64,000 nt of DNA from Epiperipatus broadwayi (taxonomy: Eukaryota; Animalia; Onychophora): contig JAQFVV010000007.1 of assembly GCA_028023455.1 (NCBI GenBank), forward strand, positions 10,602,001 through 10,666,000. The letters run 5' to 3'. Both the position numbers and the translations under genes were made by a program. Under the pieces are notes generated by a model that had not been told where the DNA came from, ran no database searches, and saw nothing but the letters and a program-made list of their open reading frames with translations. Of the stretch, positions 24,841 through 37,601 are shown in pieces (the stretch's first letter is position 1; every line of letters starts with the position of its first letter).

Positions 24841-26824
24841 ATTCACTGACATAAACAAATCAAGCAATGTTAACACACAATGACTAAATCAATCAAAAGT
24901 CTTGCTTTTATGTGATAGTTAAATATTTTAGTCTCTATGACACATTTAGAGATTAATATAAACATTAATGAGCTTCAATAAAGTGAAATATTTTATCTTA
25001 AAATATTTTGCATATTTATTAAGACACAGGTAAAACGCCATTAATATGAAATCCCTAGTTACAGAGGTTTTTGTAATTTGTGAAATTTTTGGATTTCAAG
25101 AGTGGATCTTGTACACCCACGTTGCAAATCAAGCTTACTTTGATAAAAAAAAAACCAGGCTCTTATTTGTAATTAACTTAATTTATAGGTAAGTGAAGTT
25201 TATTGACATGATGTAGAGAAGAAAGACTATAGATTGGGAACACTGGATTAAAGTTGGACTTTGATTCCCTAGTATACTGATATTGATTGGCAATGATGAT
25301 GATAGCAACCTGTACATCATTAAATGCTATGCAAAAATCATTAACTTTTAACACTTTTCGAGAACCATTCGTTTTATTCAGAACCTGAGTTTTATACATA
25401 AGCACCAGCACAAATAGATAAATAAAAGAAACAACGACGGGAAAATTTTAACTTTGTAAATGTATAATATTACCTTCGATTAAATAAACCACTGACTTCT
25501 GCCTTTTTATAGAATTGTGAGTTAAAAAAATATAAGCATTTCAATTTGATTATCAAAGTAAAATTAAAAACACGTGAATTTAGTCAACAGAAGTGCTAAG
25601 TATAATTTACCTAACGTATTATTTTTCATCCATCAGACAATTTAAGCAGGCAAATATCACAGCCACCTGTATTTACGATATCTTTATTTTCTTTAGGCAA
25701 AATAGCAAGACAGAAATTAAAAGGAAGAATAAAAAATAGTTTATTAATTGATTTAGCTGAAAGAAAATAAGAAACTGTAGAAAACCTTTATTAGTATACA
25801 TGTATGCTTATAAAGACAGTGTTTGTGATTTATATCTATTATTCGTCTTTACTATACAAAGATAAGCTTGTATTTACTTGAAAAATCTTAAATATATGAT
25901 ATATTATCATAAATACAAAAAGAAAACTGAAATTATACAGTATTTGCTATGATCTTTGAAATATAAAGCTCTAAAGAGGCAGTACTTCGCTTTTCAAATC
26001 GCGACCATCAAATGTAGCATTTTGAAATCATCACGTGCAATGGGAAAAAAATTAAGTAAAAGATCAAATATTGAATGCAAGGATGTTTTTAAAAAAGAAT
26101 AAATAATATATAAATCGATATATAATGTAAGTTGGATATAATGATAAAATGTTTAGATTAAAAAACAACTAATGATGATATTGGAGATTTGACTATTATT
26201 AGATGTATCTAGTTGATATCAATTCTTAATAATAAAATAGCATAAAGTTAAAATAAGTAAGATATGAAGCCCCATTATGATCATTAGTTACATCCCTACC
26301 TATACCTTTTAAGCTCTATTGGATATAACTATTAGATTTCGGCTCATATTTAAAAACATTCCTGAAGAAACTGTCTTAAGCGAAAAAAAGAATATCATTG
26401 TTAAGGATAAATACTAGTTAAAATAAATAGCATTAAATAATTTTGTTAAAGATAAATACTAATCAAAGTAAATAATCTTCAAGTGTTTGTAATCCTTCAA
26501 TTATCTACGATTTTAAAATTAGTCAAACAAAAGGTGGAATTTATTTTGTGTTAATCTATGCTAGTAATTTTAACCAAAACTTACATTATTTTTTCAAATA
26601 ATATTAATTTAAAAATTAGTATTTTCATTAATGATTAGCTCATATGATTGTACGCTTGAGAATGCTATATTTAAGAAATTAAAAGATAAAGACATTGTAT
26701 TATAATAATGTAATGATCTCAACTAAATTAACTGAATATAAGATTGGTATTTTATTCACTTTATTATATGGAAATGAGATACCTTATCATTTTAGAAAAA
26801 AATCTTTTAAAAAAATAGTCATAT

Positions 26825-27090
26825 ATCATATGACCCATTTTTTAAAACTTGTAAATAATAATAATGAACAATGATAATTGCTCTAACAAGCTGCCACAGA
26901 AAAAAGCATTTAAAAATCTTTATCTAGAAACCCTCCCTAATCCTCAGACCACTGGTTTCATGCTTTGGCACTCCTCAGTGAAGTTTTGAGTTGGTATTTT
27001 TAGATCATTTATTAATAAAGCTTGTTAGAGCAATTAGCATTGCTCATTATTGATATTCCTTAAGATTTTAAAAACACAGTGGCATATTTT
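26825..27090 (-). mobile_element. Rod-like element with apical hammerhead (family D)
   Basis: 26861-26892 is inverted at 27019-27050 (32 bp, 2 mismatches); weaker pairing extends to ~26825/27090. HHR lies in the centre. Confidence 0.7.
26942..26983 (-). ncRNA. Canonical type I hammerhead ribozyme
   Basis: Minus strand CUUCA-CUGAGGA-GUGC-CAAA-GCAU-GAAAC-C-AGU-G-GUC^-UGAGG. All core nucleotides present; stems I (5 bp), II (4 bp) and III (3 bp) form. Predicted cut between 26947 and 26946. Confidence 0.9.
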
Positions 27091-27116
27091 AGAATGATTA
27101 ATATGTTGACAATTAA

Positions 27117-27208
27117 CCCTTAAGATATCACAATTTCAACCTATAGTCAAGGCAACCTCCTTAAACAATAATGGTGGACTATAGGTTAAGATTGTGATAG
27201 TTTAAGGG
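27117..27208. mobile_element. 92-bp piggyBac-like MITE
   Basis: TTAA on both sides (27113-27116, 27209-27212); CCCTT...AAGGG termini; ~32-bp imperfect TIRs. Confidence 0.75.
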
Positions 27209-28119
27209 TTAAGTATTACATCTACATTTATAAACCTATTAAAGCTTTGAGTAACTGGCTTTCTTGTCTTAGATTATTGTTCTTTTTACTATGTTGGATA
27301 TGATGATGTAGAATGTACTATTGTAAGAACTTATCTTTGAATCAGAATTGTGATGTAATTGAAAATGTCAAAGATTTTTCAAAGCGTATTTTCTTTTAAA
27401 CTTGAACATGATTTTAATAAGAAATGCACACACTATTTACACTGTAAAAATTATCTCAAAGTTATTCTAAAGAAAGATAATGTCTACAACTTTTATTAAA
27501 ATTCTATGCCTTAAGTTAGAATATAATGGAAATGTAGAATTAGGCAAATAACATGATTTTATGAAAGAAAATTTACTACACATAAGGTTATAAAGCATCA
27601 TCCGATGATGTTATACGAATATACTAAAGAATCAGATTATGGTATATATGGATTAATTTGTATATGTATTACTAAAAATCATCATTAATTCTCTGGAGTT
27701 AAAATTATATTATTTATTTTATAATCATAAAAGCATTCCTTTCAAGAATAATGTAAAATTAAAAAGCATATAAAGTTTGGTACAAACTCACCAATTGCTA
27801 TTAGTAAAATAAAATAAAATGTATTCTATTTGTAATTGTGGACTTCAAGATTCATGACCCATATGCTCAAACATTAAATGATTCCCCAAGTGGCTAACAT
27901 TTGTTTATATTTAATTAAATATCCATTTTTTAAGAAAAACATTTCTAGATTATCATCATCACAAAAACTGCCTAAAATGGATGCATAGAAGCAATCTTAA
28001 TCAGTCCTTGAATTTTTTCAACTGCATCTGAAAAACCAATAAATTTAGTGAATAAACAAAAATGCTTAGATATAAATAGCTCTTTGATATATTGCTATTT
28101 GAAGATTGAAAAAATATAT

Positions 28120-28520
28120 ATTTGCAGAGTGTGTTAGGGGTAACAGTTTTATAAAGGAATAAAAGTACTAAGATATTGTAGAACTGTGGTATGTTTCTGC
28201 ATGTAAATGGAGATGATAATGTGAATGAAAGTGTGTTAGGATAAATAGATTTTATAAATAAATGAAAGTACTTAGATATCATAGATCTATAACATATTGT
28301 TTTTGTAGATGGAGAAGATACCTATAGGTTCAAGGAGGATGAACAGTTTTAATAAATGAACAAAAGCACTTAGAAGTAGTAGCATTATGATAGGTTGCTG
28401 TTTGTATACTGATATAGGAATTGAGTAGGTTCTAGGATTAATAGTTTTCATAAGTAAACAAAATGATTGATATTATAGCAGTATAACATATTGCTATCTG
28501 TAAATGAAAAATAATGTAAA
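28120..28520. repeat. Degenerate ~100-bp tandem repeat, about 4 copies
   Basis: Recurrent gtgttagg...aaaagtact(t/a)agat motifs at ~100-bp spacing. Confidence 0.5.
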
Positions 28521-29449
28521 TCATTCTGTCCCTTATCACATTTTTATCTGTGATGTGTGGGGAGAGAGTGTTAGCAGAATAATATCACTGTCAGTCATTA
28601 TACTTGCACTTATGTGTGTGGAGGGAGTGTTTGCAGTATAATATATTACTCTTAGTTACTTCATATATATCAATACATTATCAAAAAATTATCTAATTAA
28701 TTTTCACTTCAATTATCAAATAGAATATCAAGGCTTAAATTCATTCATTCTTAACAAAACAAAATTATAAAAATAATCTTGAAAATTAAGTTCTTATTTA
28801 AACATCTTACTAAATATGAAATGTTTAAAAATTTTATGGATAAAACCATATGCTGAAATTTTACCCATGTTCATATTTACAGTAAGATTCATTTTAAAAG
28901 TAAACTTTATTTACAGAACAAGCATAATACAAGGAATACAGTAAATTGCAAAATTCAATTGGAAGTGTACATGTAGCACCACATGAGTTACAAGGATCAC
29001 ATTTGAGAAATTCAAAAATACACAGGTTGATGAAATGGCACTGTCAAGAGAACATAGACTATAAGTCAAACTAAGTATATAGTTTCTGTCATTGAATAAT
29101 TAACATAAATGAGTATAGATATTATATGGTAAATCAAATGGACAGGTAGGCTTCAACATAAAAGGGGTTACAGTTTATTTAAGCCAAAGTTAATAATATA
29201 ACAATTCATATTTAGGATCATACAAAAGATGAAATTGCAAAAAGGATGATTGTCATAATAAAAAAGAATGAATTAGGTAGGCATGACAAACAGGGCCATA
29301 AAATAACATGTTCAGGTGACTAACAAAAGTAATACTAGAAAATTCATAAAAGGAAAAATACAGTAAATAATGGATTTGCATAATTATACTTATAAACTTA
29401 ATTTTAAACAGCATTAAACTGTTGAACATGCGCTTTAGATTTTTAAATA

Positions 29450-32400
29450 TAAAATGAATGAATACTAACACTTCAACAACCACATGATAAAGTCTTTGGA
29501 AAAGACAAAATGTAATATGGGTACAAAAATTAGTGAGTCACAGATCAGAATACAATAAAATATAATACATGGTAAAGGAGCAAGCAAATCAATCACTACA
29601 ATTAAAGAAAGCCATACAATGGACTCAGATGTCAAAGGTTGACCTATATCTTTAATTGGCCCCATATTTGATCAGCCAATGAAGGAAGATATGTTCTCTT
29701 GTCCTTTCCCTTGCTTTAAGGAGGTATTTAACAACAAGGTCTTCAACCAAGTGGTCGACCCCTTTCTCAAACAGTCCATATGGCAAAGTTTATGTAGGTC
29801 ACCAATCAATCCCGAATATACCCATCTCAAAAGCCAGCTTGATTGTTACCCAGGATTGATCAGGATTGGTGATTTTCCTCAACAGGAAGTTCCAAAGATA
29901 GGTCCACAAATCACATTAAGAAAGTATGTGATCCATGGACTACAGGAGGCACAAGGTGTTAATATTATAGCCCCTACTATATAGACAAAAAGATCTAGAG
30001 GGAGGGCCCCAAGGTTGACCTTGAACAAGAAATCCACATATTTTGGTTCCAGTTTGAGAAATTTGACCCATTTCATGAACCAAGAGATTCCTACAGGAAG
30101 TAAATTGACCACTTTAGTTTTCCCAGCAGACAACATATGGTAACTCTCCCAGTAATTTAATTTAGAACCAAACAGGGAGCCAGAGGTATTGATGCTCTTG
30201 TACACTAAGGTAACCTGTTGCTACAGCCATAGGCTCCTGTGCTTGGGCAGAGGTCTATCATTTGGCTCAACTTTTTCCAATGGGAGTACACATTCCATAC
30301 CTAAGTTGACATTCAAAAGTCTAACTAGAATATTGTGGGTCTGTTGAACTTGAGTGCAAAACCAGGCCATTCAGGTGTTTCAGCTTTTGTAATAAGTTGA
30401 TGCTGATGACAGGAGCCCCTCTCTCCCATCATAGCATCCTGCAGAGAGTCTCATCTTTTTTATAAAGGTGCTGGTCAGAGCAAAGCTGGCAGGATAATAA
30501 GTTATCTTGAGCAGCACAACAGAATTTAGTAAAGTGACTTTCCCCAACAATTCTGTAGGTCTTTCATCATTACTGATGGGCCAGCAAGGTGAAAACTGAG
30601 AAAACTCTAAAAGGCCACTTTGAATCTGCCTGGAACTTGCTTTCCTATCATGATGAACCACATGGCTTATTTTCCTTCATTAACCCTCAGATCAAATTTG
30701 CAAGCAAACTGATATAAGAGTTCCTCAAGCCTCAGACTTCATTGTTAGATGAGAGGAACACCACCACATCATCCATATAGGAGATATGGTGAATGCTCTT
30801 TTCCAGCAAAGGAATGGAAATCCCAGAAAGGACAGCCTTGATGCTTAGCAATGATGGATTAACATAGGCTGTAAAGAGGAGTACACTTAGTGGTAAGCCC
30901 TATGGGATGGAAATACAGGGCCAAAATCCTGGAGCCACTTGACCATCTAGTGAAAGTACTTCCCAGTTTTGTAAGAGGTTCTCTATCAATTGGAGATATG
31001 CCGCAGGCACTTTGAGTTTCTCCAGTACACCAAGAAGCACATCCACCCTGATGCAATCAAAGGTCCTGGCAAAGTGAAGCAATACTATGACCAGCTGGGA
31101 TTTTCTTCTATGGACATGGTCAACTAGGAGGCAAAATCAGCTGACAGCATTGGCAGTTGAGCACTCCTTCTTGGCAAACTGATAAGACAAGAGGCATTCA
31201 ATGATGCTATCTTGGATGCCCTCTTTTATGAGACTCTCTATTAACTTAATCAGCAGAAACACCATTAAGATTGGCCGGATATTGTCAAGGGCATGTGGGC
31301 ACTCCCATTTCTTAATTAGAGGTACCATGGCAACTGGACAAATCCCCAATGCCAGTCAGGAAATCAATAATCTTTATGATTGGAGAATGGTAAAAGGCAT
31401 ATGTGATATAAAAGAAATTTAGGAATCCCATGCAAGCCAGGATGCATTCCATTAGGGAAGGATTTCAGTTTCAACAGGATTTGGGCCTCTGGGATCTTAT
31501 GAGGGGTTTGAGTCCACCAAAGTAAACTTTTTCTGAGAATTTGACATCCCCAGTGGCTGTAACATATTTACATAGAATTCCCAAATCCTGGCCAGTATGG
31601 AATAATCAGAGTAGCTAGTTCCTTGGACCTCAATCAACCTTGGAACCTTAGAGTTTTTTCCTGAACCAAGATCCCACCTGAGGTATCCTCTGGTCCAGCA
31701 GTGTTGGTGATGCAGGTACTAACAGGCCCTTTTAATTGGGTGATATTAGCAATGGCATTCTGGGAGGCCTAGTTCTTTGTCTTTAGGGCTAGAATGTCTA
31801 GATTAATTTGGGCCTCATGAGGCAGGTTTTTCAATTCTCTGGCAATGGTATCCAGCTCAGCTATCATCTGAACTGGATTTTTCATTTTAGTGGGACAACA
31901 ATTGATTAGGTCCCTTAAGGAGTTGACAAAACTGACCATGCCTCTGTAGGGGGAAGGGATAATATTTCAGGGTGATGAAACACTATGTAGAGCTTCTGAA
32001 ACCAGTCAACATACTTATTGTTTGTGGCAAATTTGTAATTGGCAAAATGGCATCCCTGGGGCTGACACTATGTAGAGCTTCTGAAACCAGTCAACATACT
32101 TATTGTTTGTGGCAAATTTGTAATTGGCAAAATGGCATCCCTGGGGTTGATCCTCATCTCCAACATGAAGTGGTCAGAAAATATGTTTGGCCAGAGGTGA
32201 GACTCAATCAAGGATGACAAAGAAGGTAAGAAAATATAAGGTCAATAAGGGATCTCGAATGTCTGTTGTAAAAGGAAAGTGCATCTTCATGGAAGAATAT
32301 CCTCTCACTTATCACAAGTAGGCTCAAGCATTTGATGAATTTGGGCTCAAGCATTTGATGAATTTGGATTGGAAAGCTTCATATGTATGGTTAAAACCAC

Positions 32401-35400
32401 CTATGATTAGGATGAGAAATGGACTTGATCTGAGAATGGCAATGCAAATTACTCTGATCACTATTTTGGAATTTTTTGGGAGATAAACATTAATTAGGTT
32501 AAATGACTATTCTTGAAATTGAATGATAGCAATGAGGCAATTTGTGTCTATATGTATAATTTCAAATAATGTGATTAAGTAGTTTTTATTTATTATGATT
32601 GCAATGCCTCCTGATGCAGTATTTGAAAAGGAATTGTGGAAGAAGCCAAGTTAATAATTCCAGAGTCTGACTGATGATGCAATTTCATTTCTGATGTATA
32701 AAACAGGTAGGGCCTTCCTCCAAAACCAATGTGAGGCCCTGTCATGTGAATTCAGGCTCTGAACATTGACTGAGACAGCCCTGAACCTGATCAGGCTTAT
32801 TAAGATCTGACAATGGCTAAGAGCCCAGATTCTTCTGAGAGGGAGTCACCTGGCTTGAGACCAGCCTCATGGAGAGTGATATCAAAATTGGAATCCAAAT
32901 GACCATCACCATCTATGATTGTGGAGGAAAAATCAAATCCCTCCAACTGAATAATCTGTTCCATGTTGTTGTCCACTGGGGTCCCTGGAGCAGCCACTTC
33001 ACCATTTGAGGCCAGTGTTTCTTCACCAAGAATAGCAACTTTGGGGTGGGGGGGGAGAACAAAGCTAATTTTTTCCCCTTAGGTGTAGAAGCATTGTCCA
33101 GTTGATCATTAAGGCCTAAAAGGTCATCCACAGTAGGGGTATCTCCACTGGAGGAGGAACAAACAGGAGAGGATCTAAACATTTCTATGATCTGTTCCTC
33201 TTCTTGTGTCTTGGAGAGCCAGCTGGAAGGAAACCACTGGCTGCAGGGACATTGGCCAACTATATGGGGTATTCAATATCAACATCTTCCATAGGGGGTT
33301 CTGCCAATTGTTCCTTGGCCACACTTTTGACCTGAAAAGGGACAGAGTTCAAATCAAAACATCTAGAGAATGTTAAATTAAGGGAGGACATACCCTGGTA
33401 AAACTTCTGTCCAGTCTCCTAACTCACACACTGAGTGGAGCTGTCACAAATGGGTTTCTCACTCATACCATCAGAATGGGATGGAACTATAGGTGTGGCA
33501 ACTTTATTATAGCATTTGTGAAACTTTTTTATATTGAACCACAATGAGAGCATTTATGTTTTTGTTGTCTCTCATGAGGGGAAACTATTTTATAATTGAA
33601 CCACAATGAGAGCATCTACATTTTTGTTGTCTCTCATGAGGTGTCCCCAAAGCTGACAATAAAAATATTGTGGAGACTCTCCACATAGGATGATGATAAG
33701 GGGGGCATGGAATTCAACCAGCCCAGGAATGTCCAATGGTGAAATTCCCTTTCCCAGCACTATTCTGAAATTGGCCAGCACTATTCTGAAATTGGCAAAT
33801 GTTCCACAGAACTTTAGCACCACCATATCTAATGGATCTGTACTTGAATGTGGTGATGTTACCAAATGAAGCCAATGTTTTTTTGAAAATCAGCTTTTCT
33901 GAAATTTATTCCACAATTTTTCACATATCTCTCAATGGAACTCAGTCAATTCAAGTCATTTGAAACTAAATAGTTACCATTCAGGCTTCTAAACTTGTTG
34001 TGTAATGCCTCCTTCATAATGATGTTGTTAAATTGCACAACAACATACCTATCATTAGGGTGGAATAAGACTTTTTAGACTGAGCTCCAAGGTTATAAGT
34101 TGTAAATAAGTCAAACAATGACTGGACAGGGAACTTAAAACAACCTAATGTCATCATTGGTTGTAGACAAGATCACAGCTTTATTGTCTTTATAGATCTG
34201 GAAAGACTTCATGAGGAATGCCAGAATTGATTGATTAAAGCTTTCATTTATCAGAGCATGTTGAAAAGGGTCACATATGATATTGTCACATTATTTTCAT
34301 CATCATCACTAGCATTTCTTTGGATAGAACTAGCATTACTCATAATTTGCATTGATCTATCAACGAGGCTTATGCTTATATTGGAACTGGTAATAGTGAC
34401 ACTCTGATCTACTGCCATTTTTGGACTGCACGCTGTGGGTTTCAAGGCAGCCTTGTTAGCGTAGGACCGGGGATGGATTTTCCATTAATGGCTCAAAGAC
34501 TTGGCCCAGATCTCTTGGGGTTGGATTCAGAATTGGGGAGATTAGTCTGGGAAAATGAACATCAGATTTATCACAAGATTTACTAATTGGATTACCTAGG
34601 GTTGGTTTCCACAATTTGTTGGAACCAGAGAATTGAAAAATATTAGACTTGGGAGTTCTCAGTGAAAAATCAGGTTTGCAAATGGCATCATGTTTAGGAA
34701 GGTGATCAATAGTTTTATCAGCTGTAAAGGAGTCAGCATAGTTTATTCTGCCAATTTTGGGACGTTTTTTAGTCTCGGAATTACTTTCATTAACATTCTT
34801 AGTATTACTAGAAAAAATTTCATTTTTCACTGGTACCATCTCTGCATTGTTTTTTTGTTCATAACTTTTTTTTCCAACCAGAAAATTTTGAATCATTGAC
34901 AAGGTTGTAGTCAAGGCCAGAATGTATATTGTACAAAAGAGAATTGGAGTTCGAATCACTTTCCAGACCTATTTTTTATGTTGCCATGTTTTGCCGCATA
35001 TCGGCACTTCTGGAATCAGAATATTACTGTTTAAATGTACTGTTCATTAGATTTTTTAATATAACTCTTCCTAGACATGGGAAATCTGCTTTGTTTTTTT
35101 ATTGAGTTGTAGGAGAAGTTAGGCCCCATCTTATTTGAGTCAGCTTTATTCTCAGAAACAGGTTTAAATTTGTTTTCACTAGGTTAAAATCCCACATTTA
35201 CTTTTAATGGCAGTCACAAACTTTTACCTGGTAAAGCTTTCAATAAAAATTGACTTTCTCAAAGATTCTGGACTGTTTTTATGACAGAATTTATTTCTAG
35301 TTACTCTCTTTTCTCTAGTGAATTTTTGTCTCAAATTGAGTTCATCTTCATGGGTTTTTTTCCTTAGACAAGATCTTATTACTATGATTAAAGTTAGCCT

Positions 35401-35620
35401 GAATTTTATACATAGATGCCAATACCATTCCTTAGAATGGACAATAGATTAACAGTTTATGAATTAAACAGTTAAACTTATAATGATTAAAAAACAGTTC
35501 ACTGATCCGAGGAATGAAGTTTATCCTAAGATATTATAACTTTAAACTGCAAATAAGCTTGCCTACGTGGAGCACCAGAAAAGTAGACTAATCAAGATGG
35601 CCACCAGAAACAAGTATATT
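29450..35620 (-). mobile_element. Near full-length decayed L1/Tx1-type LINE
   Basis: ORF1 remnants at ~35000-32800. APE: AVSVNVQSLN, SGGIAIIINK, FNLINVYLP, LIIGGFN (~32790-32390). RT: LDNIRPI, FARTFDCI, GLPLSVLLF, YMDDVVVF (30768-30779). C-terminal FKVNLGALP...PCASC zinc-finger region (~30030-29900). Many stops and frameshifts; tandem duplications of 85 bp (31980-32146), 24 bp, ~60 bp and 21 bp. Confidence 0.85.
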
Positions 35621-37025
35621 TATTTACAGGTAAGATTTTAATTTAAAAAATCAATATGTCATGAAACAAAATAGATTTGTGAAAATTAATGACTTAAGAA
35701 AAATTGCCAGCACAATATTTAATCAACTTATTTAAAATTAATTGAATAAGATCAACTAACTTTTATCAAATTAATGCTCATTTTAAAATCTAATTTTTAT
35801 AATTTATTTATTCTTCCTTATAATCTTTTTTGTTTTTTTTGTTTAACTATCCATGTTCCTTATAATGATTCCAAACAAAACTTTCTTGGACTAATTACAA
35901 AGATTTGTAGAATTATCTTTTGCTGATTATGTTTTCAAATTTTATTTCTTATACTTTTGGCTTCAGCTAAATAATTTTTAAAAACAATACAAATCTATGC
36001 CATTTGCACAGATGCAAAATATTGTGGGTATTTGAATAATTTATTTTAACATACATTTTTATTCACTTGTATATGCATTACTAAGAGGTATTCAATTTTT
36101 TTTCATATTTTCAATACATTTCTCTTCTCACTTCCAAAATACTACAAACATCCTCTAGAGTAGAAATTCACACCATCTTCTCTTACTCCACATGCATTTT
36201 GCAAACAGTGTTTACTCATTAGATGAGCTAGAAATATGAAACAACTGCATTTACAAAACTCACATTCACAGGTCAATATTATAGCATTCTTTTTGCAAGG
36301 TAGAGTCTGATTTTTATACACTTTATACTTTGTAAAATAGTTGGCTTTTACCAGTGCATTCTTCATTTTAAATTTTCCATATCATAATTATCCACCAATG
36401 CGGAATTGAGTTCACCCACTATCACTATGCATATACAAACTTTGTTAGAAGATGAGATAGAAAGACTAAACACCCAAATTTTTATGTGTGTGATGATAGT
36501 TGGAATTTCACAACTGTCTTAGATTTAATGTAATCTAAAAATTACAATTCATTATGATATTGACAAATAAGGTAGGTAAGAAAAGACAGTTTTATAATAA
36601 ATAAAGAGAGAGAGAGCATATTTACATTTGTATGTTAGATATAGGTGTGGTTGTATGTGTGTTTATTTACTTTCTTTTTCAAAGAAAAATAAAACTATTT
36701 TAAGAAGATGGATGATGATGATGAAATGGCAAAAAACAAACAAACCAATAGCCATTTTATTGTGATTGTGTGATAATGGACGAATTATGACTTTAAAAAA
36801 TTAAAATTTCATTGAAATGACCATAAAGGACAATGTTAATAATGGAAGTCATTTTACTAATTTTAAAATATGCTGTGAATTGGTTTGTTTTTGAATTTAT
36901 AATGATTACTAAAAGTATACAACTATCACTTTAATTGTAATAAAAGGCTTGATATCACTTTCACATGGGATATTTTACTAGTCTTTATGTAAAATTAAAT
37001 AACGTTGATACAGTTCATTCTTATA

Positions 37026-37601
37026 GAACCATTAAACACCACATGATCATCATTTCTTATGCTTGCTCAAGCTGTTAAAACAGGCAAAACTCTTCATACA
37101 GTAGTTACACTCAGTGCAAGCCAGAGTAAACAATGGATGCCAGAAGGTTTGTGCATAAAATACCTATTTAGTGCCTAAGAAATGGTGATCATATGATGTT
37201 TAGTGGATTAATACCAATCATGCTTAATAGGACAATGGTGGCTATGGTTATTAAAGAACCAAAGACACCAAAATTTATGAGTACCAAACTGAGTTTAGAT
37301 CTATATGACTATATAAGCTAATGAGTTTGGTTTGAAAATATTATGTTTTCAATTTTAGACTCATAGTTTTGTAGTTAAGTAGAGATAAAAGTTGGCTGCT
37401 GGAGGGTTGCATTAGATCTTAAGATCTAGGTGCAATGCTCTCAAATTCAAGGCTTCTCACTGATGAAATCCACAAGCTAGAAAATAATCTGGGGATATTG
37501 AATGGGCACTCAATAGGGCTTTTATGCACAAACCTTCTGGCACCCATTGATTACTCTGGCTTGCACAGAGTGGCACAACTGTATGGAGAATTTTGCCTGC
37601 T
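37026..37601 (-). mobile_element. Retrozyme family A insertion (tail on left)
   Basis: 8-bp TSD ttcttata at 37018-37025 and 37602-37609. Tail-bearing segment 37026-37176, inverted segment 37177-37601. Decayed HHR at 37460-37489. Confidence 0.88.

Noticed and set aside
25178-25411. 77-aa ORF as a host coding exon
   Set aside because: No recognisable domain, and the candidate upstream exon gives a stop codon in all three splice phases.
29437-35651. agattttaa...aaaat as the TSD of the L1/Tx1 element
   Set aside because: AT-rich and mismatched; likely chance.
36142-36366. Cys-rich ORF as a piggyBac C-terminal domain
   Set aside because: Cys/His spacing does not fit convincingly and no upstream DDD sequence is visible.
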